64,000 nucleotides of DNA from Chloroflexota bacterium (lineage in GTDB: Bacteria > Chloroflexota > Anaerolineae > UBA2200), in assembly GCA_030607875.1 (NCBI GenBank), contig JAUWJD010000009.1, positions 29,169 to 93,168 on the forward strand, in the 5' to 3' direction. Numbering within the stretch: position 1 is the first letter of the stretch; every line of letters begins with the position of its first letter. The notes under the pieces were generated by a model. It saw only the letters and a list, made by a program, of their open reading frames with translations. It made no database searches and had not been told where the DNA came from. Positions 20,301 to 28,286 of this stretch are shown here, in pieces. The position numbers and the translations under genes were made by a program.

Positions 20301-21520
20301 GGGTGCTCCGTGTGCGCTCAGATGCACAGTCCTGGACACTTACGGAGCACTATCTTGCCGCTGGCTTCAAAGGTAAGGACGTCACCATCTATTTCGGCGT
20401 GCTCAACGACGGAGGCGGCGGCATCACAGCGATGTATGTGGATGATGTTTCGCTGCCCATCTGTGGCGTACAGCCAACGCCATTGCCTACCAGCAGCGTG
20501 CCCCGCAGGCAGGCGCTCTTGCCCCTGATTCTCCGAGAGTTCGAGGGGCAGAATCAGCAGGACCGCGCTTCGCCGGCAGGATTGACCGCAGCGATCAGCT
20601 CTGCGGCAAGCGTGCGCACGCTTTGGATGCCCGCCGAGCCGGACGTGTCCCCTGACTTTATCCAGGGTTTGGTGCTCAACCCGACAAACAATCTGCTCTA
20701 CGCCGCAGCGGGCAAAGGCATCTGGGTTCTCAATGTCCAGACGGGCCAAGCCGTAGCGCATATCCCTTTGGAGGCCACAGCGCGTGGCTTGGCCGTGGAT
20801 GTAGCTACCAACCGCATCTATGCCGCTCTCTGGGAGGCAAATGCTTTGGCCGTGATTGACGGTAGTCGAAATGTCTTGTGGAAGATTGTACCAGGCATCC
20901 CGGGAGCGAGCGGCGTGGCTGTAGGCAGAGATCACATCTACGTCACCGCTACCCACAGCGATGAACTGATTGTTGTCGACGGGCAGAACTGTGCTATAAT
21001 TGGGCGCATCGCTGTCGGCGATGCCCCATACGCAGTAGTGTGTGATCGTGGTCGACAGAGAGTCTACGTGGGCAATGCGGGTAGCGATACCGTGTCTATC
21101 GTAGATGGGCGCAAAGGTCTGCAGTTGAGTACTGTGAAGCTCGGTGGTCTGGGACATCCACATGGCTTGGCCCATGATCCGATCCGTGACCGTCTCTACG
21201 TGACCTACGCCCTTTCGCCCAGGTACCGGGCCATCGCAGCCATAGACGCTTCCTCGGGACAGGTGCTGTCCCGCTTGTTGGGCAACGAGAAACGCTCCCT
21301 CTTTGGAGCTTACGCCATTGCGGTTGACCCATTGCGAGGCAGGGTATACACGACAACGGTTGATGAGCTTCTAGTGCTGGCCGGCAGGACACTACGTGTG
21401 GTGGAAAGCGCGCCTGGGCCTGGGCCCACCTACGCTTTCGGTTTGTTTGCCAGTCCACTGGAGGAGCGCCTTTACGTAGCTGACGCACAGCACCGTAGGC
21501 TGGCTGTTGTCAGCAGGTGA
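17345..21520 (+). CDS. secreted multidomain protein: DUF11 + GH clan-A catalytic domain + 2 x CBM_4_9-like modules + YVTN beta-propeller
   Basis: The protein has, in order, a signal peptide (FCLFVLLLLLLPRWAQA), a DUF11 repeat (VTYTITLTNSGNAAAEDVTIRDTLP), and a TIM-barrel GH domain with IWNEPNL (acid/base) and LLTETGY (nucleophile). Two Thr/Pro-rich linkers and two roughly 150-aa Cys-bounded repeats starting CTDLIV(N/D)GGFE follow, and the C-terminus carries YVTN-type 40-residue propeller repeats. The start is chosen at MKLLAG, but upstream GTG or ATG starts are possible. Confidence 0.75.
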   Translation: MKLLAGSMKRMPAQQAPPRPQTPSRCGWKWHVARRFCLFVLLLLLLPRWAQAMDGPQLTLAKSVSPTTVPAGGRVTYTITLTNSGNAAAEDVTIRDTLPDGFSYRHGTSRVTVNGVTVSTADPSVSGHTLTWSGFHLPSGRSDSFYGIHTFVQRHTEPGYLDYQLNRSTELMGSGAYVTQLFDWIDTSWPGPPNWMRDFVSRAYDRWLTPVVRLAAGRGTYWIKPKPDGDGSYTTWAQAFKRVVDGLPRRDGHWLYVQIWNEPNLNEEWEGEANPAEYGRFLVETAAAIRSIGDPHIVILNGPLSPGGEYYYLNYLEDMLSTVPASLWAFDIWASHPYPNNHPPEYNIHDGTANYQDATIDVYQRELEVLARYGRSGLKVLLTETGYALYQADFIFEGYPAINEAIRADYIRRAFRDHWSQWPEVIGVCPYELVDPDGQWWVWDWLLNDGRSHQQYDAVKAMDKSYSPVSSVLQITFQATAATSARIHYNDVSASAANAPAQSITQAAPVTVYVPTPTRTLTPTQTHTPTASPTATSTTTQTSTPMATATHTPEQTWTPTLTLTVTETLTPSETLTITPTPTDMETATVTATPSPTATQTLTLTPTPSATPSPTASPTATPTATITPSPTAVCTDLIVNGGFETTEAWQIPDTPHPAGHTTTRAHTGQRSMRLGIESGSNIRSYSTAWQAIHVPADASDPVLTFWYYPVSADTEGDDQRALILNEQGDVEEWVFLLRSNAQSWTYKEFSLADYRGQTIRVYFGAFNDGLNGVTAMYVDDVAVLVCGVMPTPTVSPTASVTLTPTPTATPTGSATPLPTPTASPTASATPSSTPTATPSHTATSTATQTDTITPSPTTTEMLPPTNTSTATAEPSLTATVTSSPTPGCTDLIVDGGFEWDDEAWLIPDTAYPAGYTTNQAHSDQRSMRLGIESGDNIYSYSTVRQTVHVPANAQEPILRFWYYHVSGDTEHDLQYVLIENENGDSEWVLRVRSDAQSWTLTEHYLAAGFKGKDVTIYFGVLNDGGGGITAMYVDDVSLPICGVQPTPLPTSSVPRRQALLPLILREFEGQNQQDRASPAGLTAAISSAASVRTLWMPAEPDVSPDFIQGLVLNPTNNLLYAAAGKGIWVLNVQTGQAVAHIPLEATARGLAVDVATNRIYAALWEANALAVIDGSRNVLWKIVPGIPGASGVAVGRDHIYVTATHSDELIVVDGQNCAIIGRIAVGDAPYAVVCDRGRQRVYVGNAGSDTVSIVDGRKGLQLSTVKLGGLGHPHGLAHDPIRDRLYVTYALSPRYRAIAAIDASSGQVLSRLLGNEKRSLFGAYAIAVDPLRGRVYTTTVDELLVLAGRTLRVVESAPGPGPTYAFGLFASPLEERLYVADAQHRRLAVVSR
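18886..19236 (+). repeat. low-complexity Thr/Pro-rich linker-coding repeats (linker 1)
   Basis: Iterated ACN-CCN codons encode PT/TP/TAT strings. The spurious long antisense ORFs here are artefacts of this repetition. Confidence 0.6.
19705..19995 (+). repeat. low-complexity Thr/Pro-rich linker-coding repeats (linker 2)
   Basis: Same kind of repeat as linker 1, lying between the two CBM-like modules. Confidence 0.6.
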
Positions 21521-23444
21521 TCTGAGGCAAACCGTGGGTTCAATTGACGAGATCAAAGAACGTCTGGATATCGTGGATGTCATCTCCAGCTACATTCCGC
21601 TGAAGAAGGCAGGGCACAACTACAAAGCCTTGTGCCCATTCCACAGCGAGAAAACGCCGTCTTTTGTCGTCTTTCCGGATACGCAAACCTGGCATTGCTT
21701 TGGCGCTTGCAGTACCGGGGGAGACGTATTCAACTTTGTCATGCGCCATGAGAACATAGAGTTCGGTGAGGCGCTGCGCCTGCTGGCTGAGCGGGCTGGA
21801 GTGTCTCTTGAGCCACGTCGTGAAGGAGCGCAGGCAGAAGCCAAGCTCAAGGACCGCTTGCGCAAGATCAATGCTCTGGCTGCAGAGTATTTCCACTATC
21901 TCCTGCTGCAATCACCGCAAGGGGCACTGGCCAGGGACTATCTGGTCAAGCGGGGCATCTCTGAGGAAACGCGCAAACGCTTTCGATTGGGGTATGCACG
22001 CGATGACTGGGAGGCTCTGGGCAACCACCTGACCAGCAAGGGTTACTCCTGGCCAGACTTACAGGAGGCCGGGTTGGTAGTGGCGCGCGAAGGTGGTGGT
22101 TACTACGACCGTTTCCGTGGCCGGCTTGTCTTTCCCATACGGGACAGAGGCGGGTACGTTGTGGGCTTCGGAGCACGGGCGCTTGACGATTCGCTGCCCA
22201 AGTATCTGAATTCGTCACAGACAGCCATTTTCGACAAGAGCGCGGTGCTCTACGGGATCGACCAGGCCAAGAAGGCAGTTCGCGAACAGGGCTTTGCTGT
22301 CATCGTCGAGGGCTACATGGATGTGCTCATGGCGCACCAGTATGGACGCAACAACGTGGTAGCCTCTATGGGCACAGCACTGACCGAGAAGCAAATTCGT
22401 GTCATCAAGAAACTGTCCAAGAAACTGGTTCTGGCCCTCGACGCAGACGCGGCTGGCGACCAGGCGACGCTGCGGGGGCTAGAACGGGCCAAGGAGACCT
22501 TTGACCACCGTGCAGTGCCAGTGCCAACAGCGCGGGGGCTGATTCGCTATGAGAATCAGCTCGATGCAGAGATACGGGTGGCGACACTGCCCAGCGGCCT
22601 GGATCCTGATGAGGTGATAAAGGAAGACGTCGCCACGTGGGATGCTCTGATTGACCAAGCTCTGCCTGTGGTAGAATACTACCTGCAAGCAGTGATATCC
22701 AAGTTTGATCTCCATTCGCCCAAAGCAAAAGTCGCAGCAGCAAGAGAGGTATTGCCGCTGATCAAGGAAATTGGCAGTGCAGTGGAGCGCTCTCACTACC
22801 TGCAAAAGCTGGCCCGCATGTTGCGCGTCGATGAACGCGCCTTGCAGCAAGAAATGCAAAGCAAGGCGATGGCGCAGCGTAGCCCCCAAGCTGCAGAGCG
22901 GTATGGGCGGCTGTCCGCTCAGCCTGGCCTGACTTTTGGTTTGGAACGGTACATGCTCCTGCTGTTGCTCAAGCGTCCGGAGTTGCTGGCTTCCATGAAC
23001 GCTCTGCTCGACGGCCTGGAGCTAGAGCCATTGGCCGGTGAAGACTTTGGTACAGTGGAGGAAAGGGCTCTGTTCGAGTTCCTCAGCGCCCATATTGCAC
23101 AGCACGAGGGCCTGGATGTGGACGTGCTACGCCAGGAGGTAGAAGCCTCCCTAGGCCAAGCACTTGACAGCGTGTTGAGCTTGATGGAAAGCATTGCTTT
23201 TCTGTCTGATGAGCAAGCGGAGTTGGATGCTTCCAGGTGTGTTCTGCGGCTAAGGGAATCGCGCCTGCGCCGCCACAGTGAGAAGCTTGGTCATCTGCAG
23301 CAGGATGCGCGTGCCCAAAACGATGGCGATGCCGTGAAGCAATGGGGACAGATGGTGAACGGTCTGACCAGGCAGTTGGTCCGTGTGCAAAGAGAAGAGG
23401 CAGCGCACACATCCTTGAGGAGTTCGCGTCTAGAGACATCATAG
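21507..23444 (+). CDS. dnaG: DNA primase
   Basis: Has a CHC2 zinc finger (CPFHSEKTPSF...HCFGC) and a TOPRIM domain. Its ATG overlaps the preceding gene by 14 nt. Confidence 0.9.
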   Translation: MSAGDLRQTVGSIDEIKERLDIVDVISSYIPLKKAGHNYKALCPFHSEKTPSFVVFPDTQTWHCFGACSTGGDVFNFVMRHENIEFGEALRLLAERAGVSLEPRREGAQAEAKLKDRLRKINALAAEYFHYLLLQSPQGALARDYLVKRGISEETRKRFRLGYARDDWEALGNHLTSKGYSWPDLQEAGLVVAREGGGYYDRFRGRLVFPIRDRGGYVVGFGARALDDSLPKYLNSSQTAIFDKSAVLYGIDQAKKAVREQGFAVIVEGYMDVLMAHQYGRNNVVASMGTALTEKQIRVIKKLSKKLVLALDADAAGDQATLRGLERAKETFDHRAVPVPTARGLIRYENQLDAEIRVATLPSGLDPDEVIKEDVATWDALIDQALPVVEYYLQAVISKFDLHSPKAKVAAAREVLPLIKEIGSAVERSHYLQKLARMLRVDERALQQEMQSKAMAQRSPQAAERYGRLSAQPGLTFGLERYMLLLLLKRPELLASMNALLDGLELEPLAGEDFGTVEERALFEFLSAHIAQHEGLDVDVLRQEVEASLGQALDSVLSLMESIAFLSDEQAELDASRCVLRLRESRLRRHSEKLGHLQQDARAQNDGDAVKQWGQMVNGLTRQLVRVQREEAAHTSLRSSRLETS

Positions 23445-23462
23445 TACCCCTGGGGGCTGATA

Positions 23463-24710
23463 ATGGTCACGGCAGATGACCGGGAAGAGAAGAAGGATCA
23501 ACTAGTTACCAAAGGGCTGCAGCAAAAGTTCGTCACGCAGCAGGATATTGACGATCTCTTTCCAGATGCTGGTGACGCGGAAGAACGCACTGCTTTGTAC
23601 AGTGCCTTTCAAGAGATGGGCATCGCCATCCTGAAGGCCGAACCAGGAGAAGAGATTGAGGCTCCACCTGCTGAGCCAGAGGTGCCCAAAGCGCCACCCC
23701 CGCCCAGCGATCAGGTTCTGCTCGATGACCCCGTACGCATGTATCTGCGCGAAATCGGTCGGGTGCCCCTTCTGAATGCCGAAGAAGAGATCTTGCTAGC
23801 ACAAGCGATCCAACGTGGCAAAGAAGCAGGCACCAGACTTCATGAAGGCCAGCTCGAGCTAAGGACTAGACGATCGCTGGAAGAAGAGGTACGAAGGGGT
23901 GAACTGGCTCAGTGCCGCATGGTCGAGTCCAACCTACGCCTGGTGGTCAGCGTAGCCAAGAGGTACATGGGTAGGAGCCTGTCTTTCCTCGATCTGATCC
24001 AAGAAGGCAACATCGGCTTGTTGCAGGCAGTGCAAAAGTTCGATCCAACCAGGGGGTTCAAGTTTAGCACCTATGGGACGTGGTGGATACGGCAGGCCAT
24101 CAACCGGGCAATTGCCGACCAGGCGCGCACCATACGCCTTCCCGCGCACATGATTGAGACCATTAACCACTTGCTGCGGGCCTCCCGCACATTGACTCAG
24201 GAATTAGGAAGAGAACCCACTCTCAAAGAGATCGCTGTACAGATGGGCGTGCTTTCTTTAGAGGATGCAATGGCCATCAAGGAAGCCGGGAGCGCAGGTA
24301 TGCCGCTCGATCCGGAATTGCGGCACCGCCTGAAAAAGGCCGAGTTCAAGGTGCGCGATATCATGCGTATCCTTCAGGAGCCCATGTCACTGGAAATGCC
24401 TGTCGGCACTGAGGGGAGCAGTTCATTGGGCGACTTTATTCGGGATGAATCCGTGCGCGGTCCTGCAGACGAGGCCTCGCGGCTCTTGCTCCACGAGCAG
24501 ATGACGGATGTTCTGGACTCCCTCAGTCCCCGTGAAAGGCAGGTGCTCACACTGCGCTTTGGCCTGGATGGAGGCCAAAGTTACACATTGGAAGAAGTGG
24601 GGCGAAAGTTTGGCTTGACACGGGAGCGTGTCAGGCAGATCGAGTCCAAAGCCTTGCGCAAACTACGCCATCCCCTGCGCAGCCGCAAGCTGAAGGACTA
24701 TCTTACCTGA
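23463..24710 (+). CDS. rpoD: RNA polymerase sigma factor RpoD (sigma-70)
   Basis: Contains regions 1.2 to 4 ([21 protein letters not shown], region 4 HTH). It lies directly downstream of dnaG. Confidence 0.9.
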   Translation: MVTADDREEKKDQLVTKGLQQKFVTQQDIDDLFPDAGDAEERTALYSAFQEMGIAILKAEPGEEIEAPPAEPEVPKAPPPPSDQVLLDDPVRMYLREIGRVPLLNAEEEILLAQAIQRGKEAGTRLHEGQLELRTRRSLEEEVRRGELAQCRMVESNLRLVVSVAKRYMGRSLSFLDLIQEGNIGLLQAVQKFDPTRGFKFSTYGTWWIRQAINRAIADQARTIRLPAHMIETINHLLRASRTLTQELGREPTLKEIAVQMGVLSLEDAMAIKEAGSAGMPLDPELRHRLKKAEFKVRDIMRILQEPMSLEMPVGTEGSSSLGDFIRDESVRGPADEASRLLLHEQMTDVLDSLSPRERQVLTLRFGLDGGQSYTLEEVGRKFGLTRERVRQIESKALRKLRHPLRSRKLKDYLT

Positions 24711-24759
24711 GCTATAATGGTTCGGCATCCCAGACACCATGTGAAGAGGAGGCACACAC

Positions 24760-25830
24760 GTGCAAATCAAAGAGTTTCTGAAGAAGCTTTCTGAAGCCAG
24801 CGGTGTGTCCGGATACGAGGCCAGCGTGCGCGAACTGGTGCGCGAAGAGTTCTCCCAGTACGCGGACGAGATACAGGTGGACACCATGGGCAGCCTGATC
24901 GCACTGAAGCGCGGCGAGGCAAAGGACGATCTCCCACGTCGCAGCATCATGCTTGCAGGACACATGGATGAAATCGGCCTGCTGGTCACCAAGTTGGAGA
25001 AAGGCTTTTTGCGTTTTGCCACTGTGGGTGGCTTCGACCTGCGGGTTCTGCTGGCACAGCAAGTCGTGGTTCATGGCCGCCGAGATTTGCCAGGCATTAT
25101 CGCCACGCGGCCCCCACATGTGCTCACACGAGAGGACCGAGAGCAGGTCGTGCCCCTGGACAAGCTGTTCATAGACGTGGGGCTGCCAGAAGATGAATTG
25201 AGCCAGTGGGTACGCGTTGGAGACGTGATCACCATACGCCGCCAGTTCACCGAATTGGCAGGCGACCTGGTGTCCGGCAAGGCCTTCGATGACCGCGCAG
25301 CGGTAGCGTGCATTGGCCATTGCCTGCAGCACCTCACCACACTGAAACACGCCTGGGACGTGTACGCCGTTGCCACAGTGCAGGAGGAGGTCGGGCTGAA
25401 AGGGGCCTTAACCAGTACCTTCGGCATCGCGCCCGATATCGGTATTGCCATAGACGTCGGCCATGGTAACATGCTGGGTGTCTCTGAAATGGATACGGTG
25501 AAAGTTGGGGGTGGGCCAGCCATTGGCTTCGGGCCCAACATCCACCCGCTAATGTACTCCCGCCTGGTGGAAACCGCCAAGTCCTATGAGATTGCTCACC
25601 AGACCGATCCCATCCCAGGCAGGAGCGGCACAGATGCCTGGGCTATGCAGGTGACGCGCGAGGGCATCCCCACCGCCCTGATCTCCATACCGCTGCGCTA
25701 CATGCACACCAGCGTCGAGACGCTTTCACTGAAGGATCTGGAGCGCATTGGTCGGCTGCTGGCCCTTTTCATCGCTAATCTGGAAGAGGCGTTTGCTGAA
25801 GAACTTGGCCTGAAGAAAGCCCACACATAG
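24760..25830 (+). CDS. M42 family (TET/FrvX-type) aminopeptidase, paralogue 1
   Basis: Begins at a GTG preceded by a GAGGAGG RBS. Carries the HMDEIG motif and the overall M42 layout. Confidence 0.85.
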   Translation: MQIKEFLKKLSEASGVSGYEASVRELVREEFSQYADEIQVDTMGSLIALKRGEAKDDLPRRSIMLAGHMDEIGLLVTKLEKGFLRFATVGGFDLRVLLAQQVVVHGRRDLPGIIATRPPHVLTREDREQVVPLDKLFIDVGLPEDELSQWVRVGDVITIRRQFTELAGDLVSGKAFDDRAAVACIGHCLQHLTTLKHAWDVYAVATVQEEVGLKGALTSTFGIAPDIGIAIDVGHGNMLGVSEMDTVKVGGGPAIGFGPNIHPLMYSRLVETAKSYEIAHQTDPIPGRSGTDAWAMQVTREGIPTALISIPLRYMHTSVETLSLKDLERIGRLLALFIANLEEAFAEELGLKKAHT

Positions 25831-25913
25831 ATACTGTGAGGGATGTGCGAAGCACCCCCGAAGCGAAAGGGACTGAACTGCGTCGCACATCGAGTGAGTG
25901 GAGGAGGAAGCCA

Positions 25914-26948
25914 TTGTTGTTGAAAGAACTCTCTGAAGCATTCGGTGTATCCGGTCACGAAGACGCAGTTCGGCAGTTGATCCTGGATGCAATCAAAGAC
26001 CGGGTGGATGAATACAACGTTGACGCCTTGGGCAATCTGATTGCCTTGAAAAGGGGCACTGGTCCATCACAGCACAAAGTCATGGTTGCTGCGCACATGG
26101 ATGAAGTGGGCCTGATGATCTTGCACATTGAGAAAGAAGGCTCGTTGCGCTTTCACCCCGTTGGCGGCATTGACCCGCGTGTCCTGCTGGCCAAGAAGGT
26201 ACTGATCGGCGATGACAAGGTGCCGGGCGTGATCGGCATGAAACCCATTCACCTGTTGGAGCCCAAGGAACGCCAACGAGTAGTCAAGGACCAAGAGCTG
26301 CACATCGACATCGGTACGTCGAGCAAGGAAGAAACCGAGAAACTGGTCAAAATCGGCGACTATGCTGCCTTCGACATCTCCTTCCGCGAACTGGGCGGCG
26401 AACTGCGCACAGTGAAGGGCAAGGCTTTTGATGACCGCGTCGGCTGCGCTGTGCTGGTCGAGTTGTTGCGCACGAGTTACCCCGTTGACCTCTACGCTGC
26501 CTTCACCGTGCAGGAGGAAGTCGGGCTGCGTGGAGCCCGAGTGGCGGCCTATTCCATTGCACCTGACTTGGCCTTCGCGCTGGAAGGTACGATCTGCGAT
26601 GACCTGCCGAAGAAGCGGGACATCAGCCCCACAACGAAGCTAGGGGCGGGGCCAGCGATCACCATCATGGACCGCTCCGTCATAGCCGACCGTCGTCTGG
26701 TGCAACTGTTGGTCGATACGGCAGAGAAGAATGGCATCCCCTATCAGTTCAAGCAGCCCGGGCTGGGCGGCACAGACGCAGGAGCCATTCACCTCTCGCG
26801 CGAGGGAGTCCCCTCCGTGGTCGTGTCTGTGCCGGCACGTTACATCCACTCGCCAGCCTGCTTGCTGAGTCTCAACGATTTCGATAACACCGTGCGCTTG
26901 ATGCGCGAGAGCCTGGCCAAAGTGAACGAACTGGATCTGAGCCGTTAG
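25914..26948 (+). CDS. M42 family aminopeptidase, paralogue 2
   Basis: A TTG start follows a GGAGGAGGA RBS (the longer ORF from 25836 lacks an RBS). Carries AAHMDEVG and the M42 layout. Confidence 0.8.
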   Translation: MLLKELSEAFGVSGHEDAVRQLILDAIKDRVDEYNVDALGNLIALKRGTGPSQHKVMVAAHMDEVGLMILHIEKEGSLRFHPVGGIDPRVLLAKKVLIGDDKVPGVIGMKPIHLLEPKERQRVVKDQELHIDIGTSSKEETEKLVKIGDYAAFDISFRELGGELRTVKGKAFDDRVGCAVLVELLRTSYPVDLYAAFTVQEEVGLRGARVAAYSIAPDLAFALEGTICDDLPKKRDISPTTKLGAGPAITIMDRSVIADRRLVQLLVDTAEKNGIPYQFKQPGLGGTDAGAIHLSREGVPSVVVSVPARYIHSPACLLSLNDFDNTVRLMRESLAKVNELDLSR

Positions 26949-26955
26949 CCGCAAT

Positions 26956-26986
26956 AGACCCCAAAGGTTTTTGGAACCTTCGGGGT
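26956..26986 (+). terminator. hairpin after M42 paralogue 2, with no U-tract
   Basis: GACCCCAAAGGTT / GAACCTTCGGGGTC forms a 13-bp stem with one mismatch around a TTTG loop. Confidence 0.4.
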
Positions 26987-26994
26987 CTGGAAAG

Positions 26995-27094
26995 CTACAG
27001 AGTACTGCGCCGATCGCCAAACTTGGATAGCCGTTTGCATGCGGCAATTCGATCAATGAGGTTTAGCCACCTTCGGTGCACAAAGCAGTAGAAC
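26995..27094 (+). promoter_or_regulatory. conserved ~100-nt upstream element, copy 1
   Basis: The 5' block CTACAGAGTACTGCGCCGA..CAAACT, an internal GTTTAGC and the 3' block AAGCAGTAGAAC are shared with the copies at 43815 and 53534. The element ends 14 nt before the start of M42 paralogue 3. Confidence 0.4.
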
Positions 27095-27108
27095 AGGAGG
27101 CATTTCTA

Positions 27109-28116
27109 GTGAAAGAACTCATCAAGGAACTGACCGAAGCGTTCGGCCCATCGGGCAATGAAGACGCCGTACGTGAAATCATCAAGAAACACGTTGCTGA
27201 GCATGTAGACGAGGTACGGGTAGACCCGCTGGGCAACTTGATCACTCTGAAGAAAGGCAAGCCCAAGAGCGGTGTGCAGTCACGCAAGATCATGCTCGCT
27301 GCACACATGGACGAAATCGGCGTGATCATCAGCTACGTGGACGACAAGGGCTTCCTGCGCTTCACTAGAGTTGGTGGAGTGTTTCCGCTTACTTTGTTAG
27401 GAAGCCGGGTGGTCTTTGCCGATGGCAGCACCGGGGTCATCGGACGCGAGAAGCCAGAGAAACGCGACGAGTTTCCGCGCATGGATAAGATGTACATCGA
27501 CGTGGGGGCTGTAGACAAAGAGCACCTGAATAGAAAGGTTGGCGACGTGGCCGCTTTCGTCCGGCCGTTTGTTGACCTGGGACAGCGTCTGACGGCCAAA
27601 GCCTTCGATGACCGCATCGGCTGCGCGATACTGCTGCAGACCGCGTTGGAGCTGAAGACAACACCACACGATGTCTACTTCGTTTTCACTGTGCAGGAAG
27701 AGGTAGGGCTGCGAGGCGCGCTGACCTCCGCTTTTGGCGTGGAGCCAGATGTGGCCATCGCTGTGGACGTCACGCTGACCGGCGATACGCCGGAAGCACA
27801 CCCCATGGCCGTCTCCCTCGGTGCCGGGCCGGCCATCAAGGTCAAAGACCGCGGCATGCTCGCCCACTCCGGCGTGAAGAATTGGATGGCCAATACCGCT
27901 GAGCGTCTGGGGGTGCCCTATCAGTTCGAGGTTCTGGAGGGAGGCACCACCGATGCCATGGCCATCCAGACATCGCGTGCTGGCGTCGCTGCAGGTGTGC
28001 TATCCATCCCCTGCCGCTATGTGCACAGCCCATCGGAGATGGTGGACTATGACGATGTGCAAAACGCGGTGAAACTGCTCGTCGGACTGTTGAGTGGGCC
28101 AGTCGACCTAGGCTGA
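27109..28116 (+). CDS. M42 family aminopeptidase, paralogue 3
   Basis: A GTG start follows an AGGAGG RBS. Carries AAHMDEIG and the M42 layout. Confidence 0.8.
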   Translation: MKELIKELTEAFGPSGNEDAVREIIKKHVAEHVDEVRVDPLGNLITLKKGKPKSGVQSRKIMLAAHMDEIGVIISYVDDKGFLRFTRVGGVFPLTLLGSRVVFADGSTGVIGREKPEKRDEFPRMDKMYIDVGAVDKEHLNRKVGDVAAFVRPFVDLGQRLTAKAFDDRIGCAILLQTALELKTTPHDVYFVFTVQEEVGLRGALTSAFGVEPDVAIAVDVTLTGDTPEAHPMAVSLGAGPAIKVKDRGMLAHSGVKNWMANTAERLGVPYQFEVLEGGTTDAMAIQTSRAGVAAGVLSIPCRYVHSPSEMVDYDDVQNAVKLLVGLLSGPVDLG

Positions 28117-28145
28117 GACAGGCAACGAATAGATACCCTGTGTGA

Positions 28146-28175
28146 AAAAGCCCCGCCCGCATGGGCGGGGCTTGG
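28146..28175. terminator. bidirectional hairpin terminator between convergent genes
   Basis: GCCCCGCCC-GCAT-GGGCGGGGC. A U-tract is present on the minus-strand reading (AAAAAG precedes the hairpin on the plus strand). Confidence 0.6.
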
Positions 28176-28286
28176 CCGTGTCTCCGTGTCCTCAGGCAAG
28201 CGGGTGCCCACATCACGCTGCCAGAAGCAAATGCATTCCCTGCCAAGCCCTAGCCGTCACCCTACCTGGGAACAGGCGGACACCGC

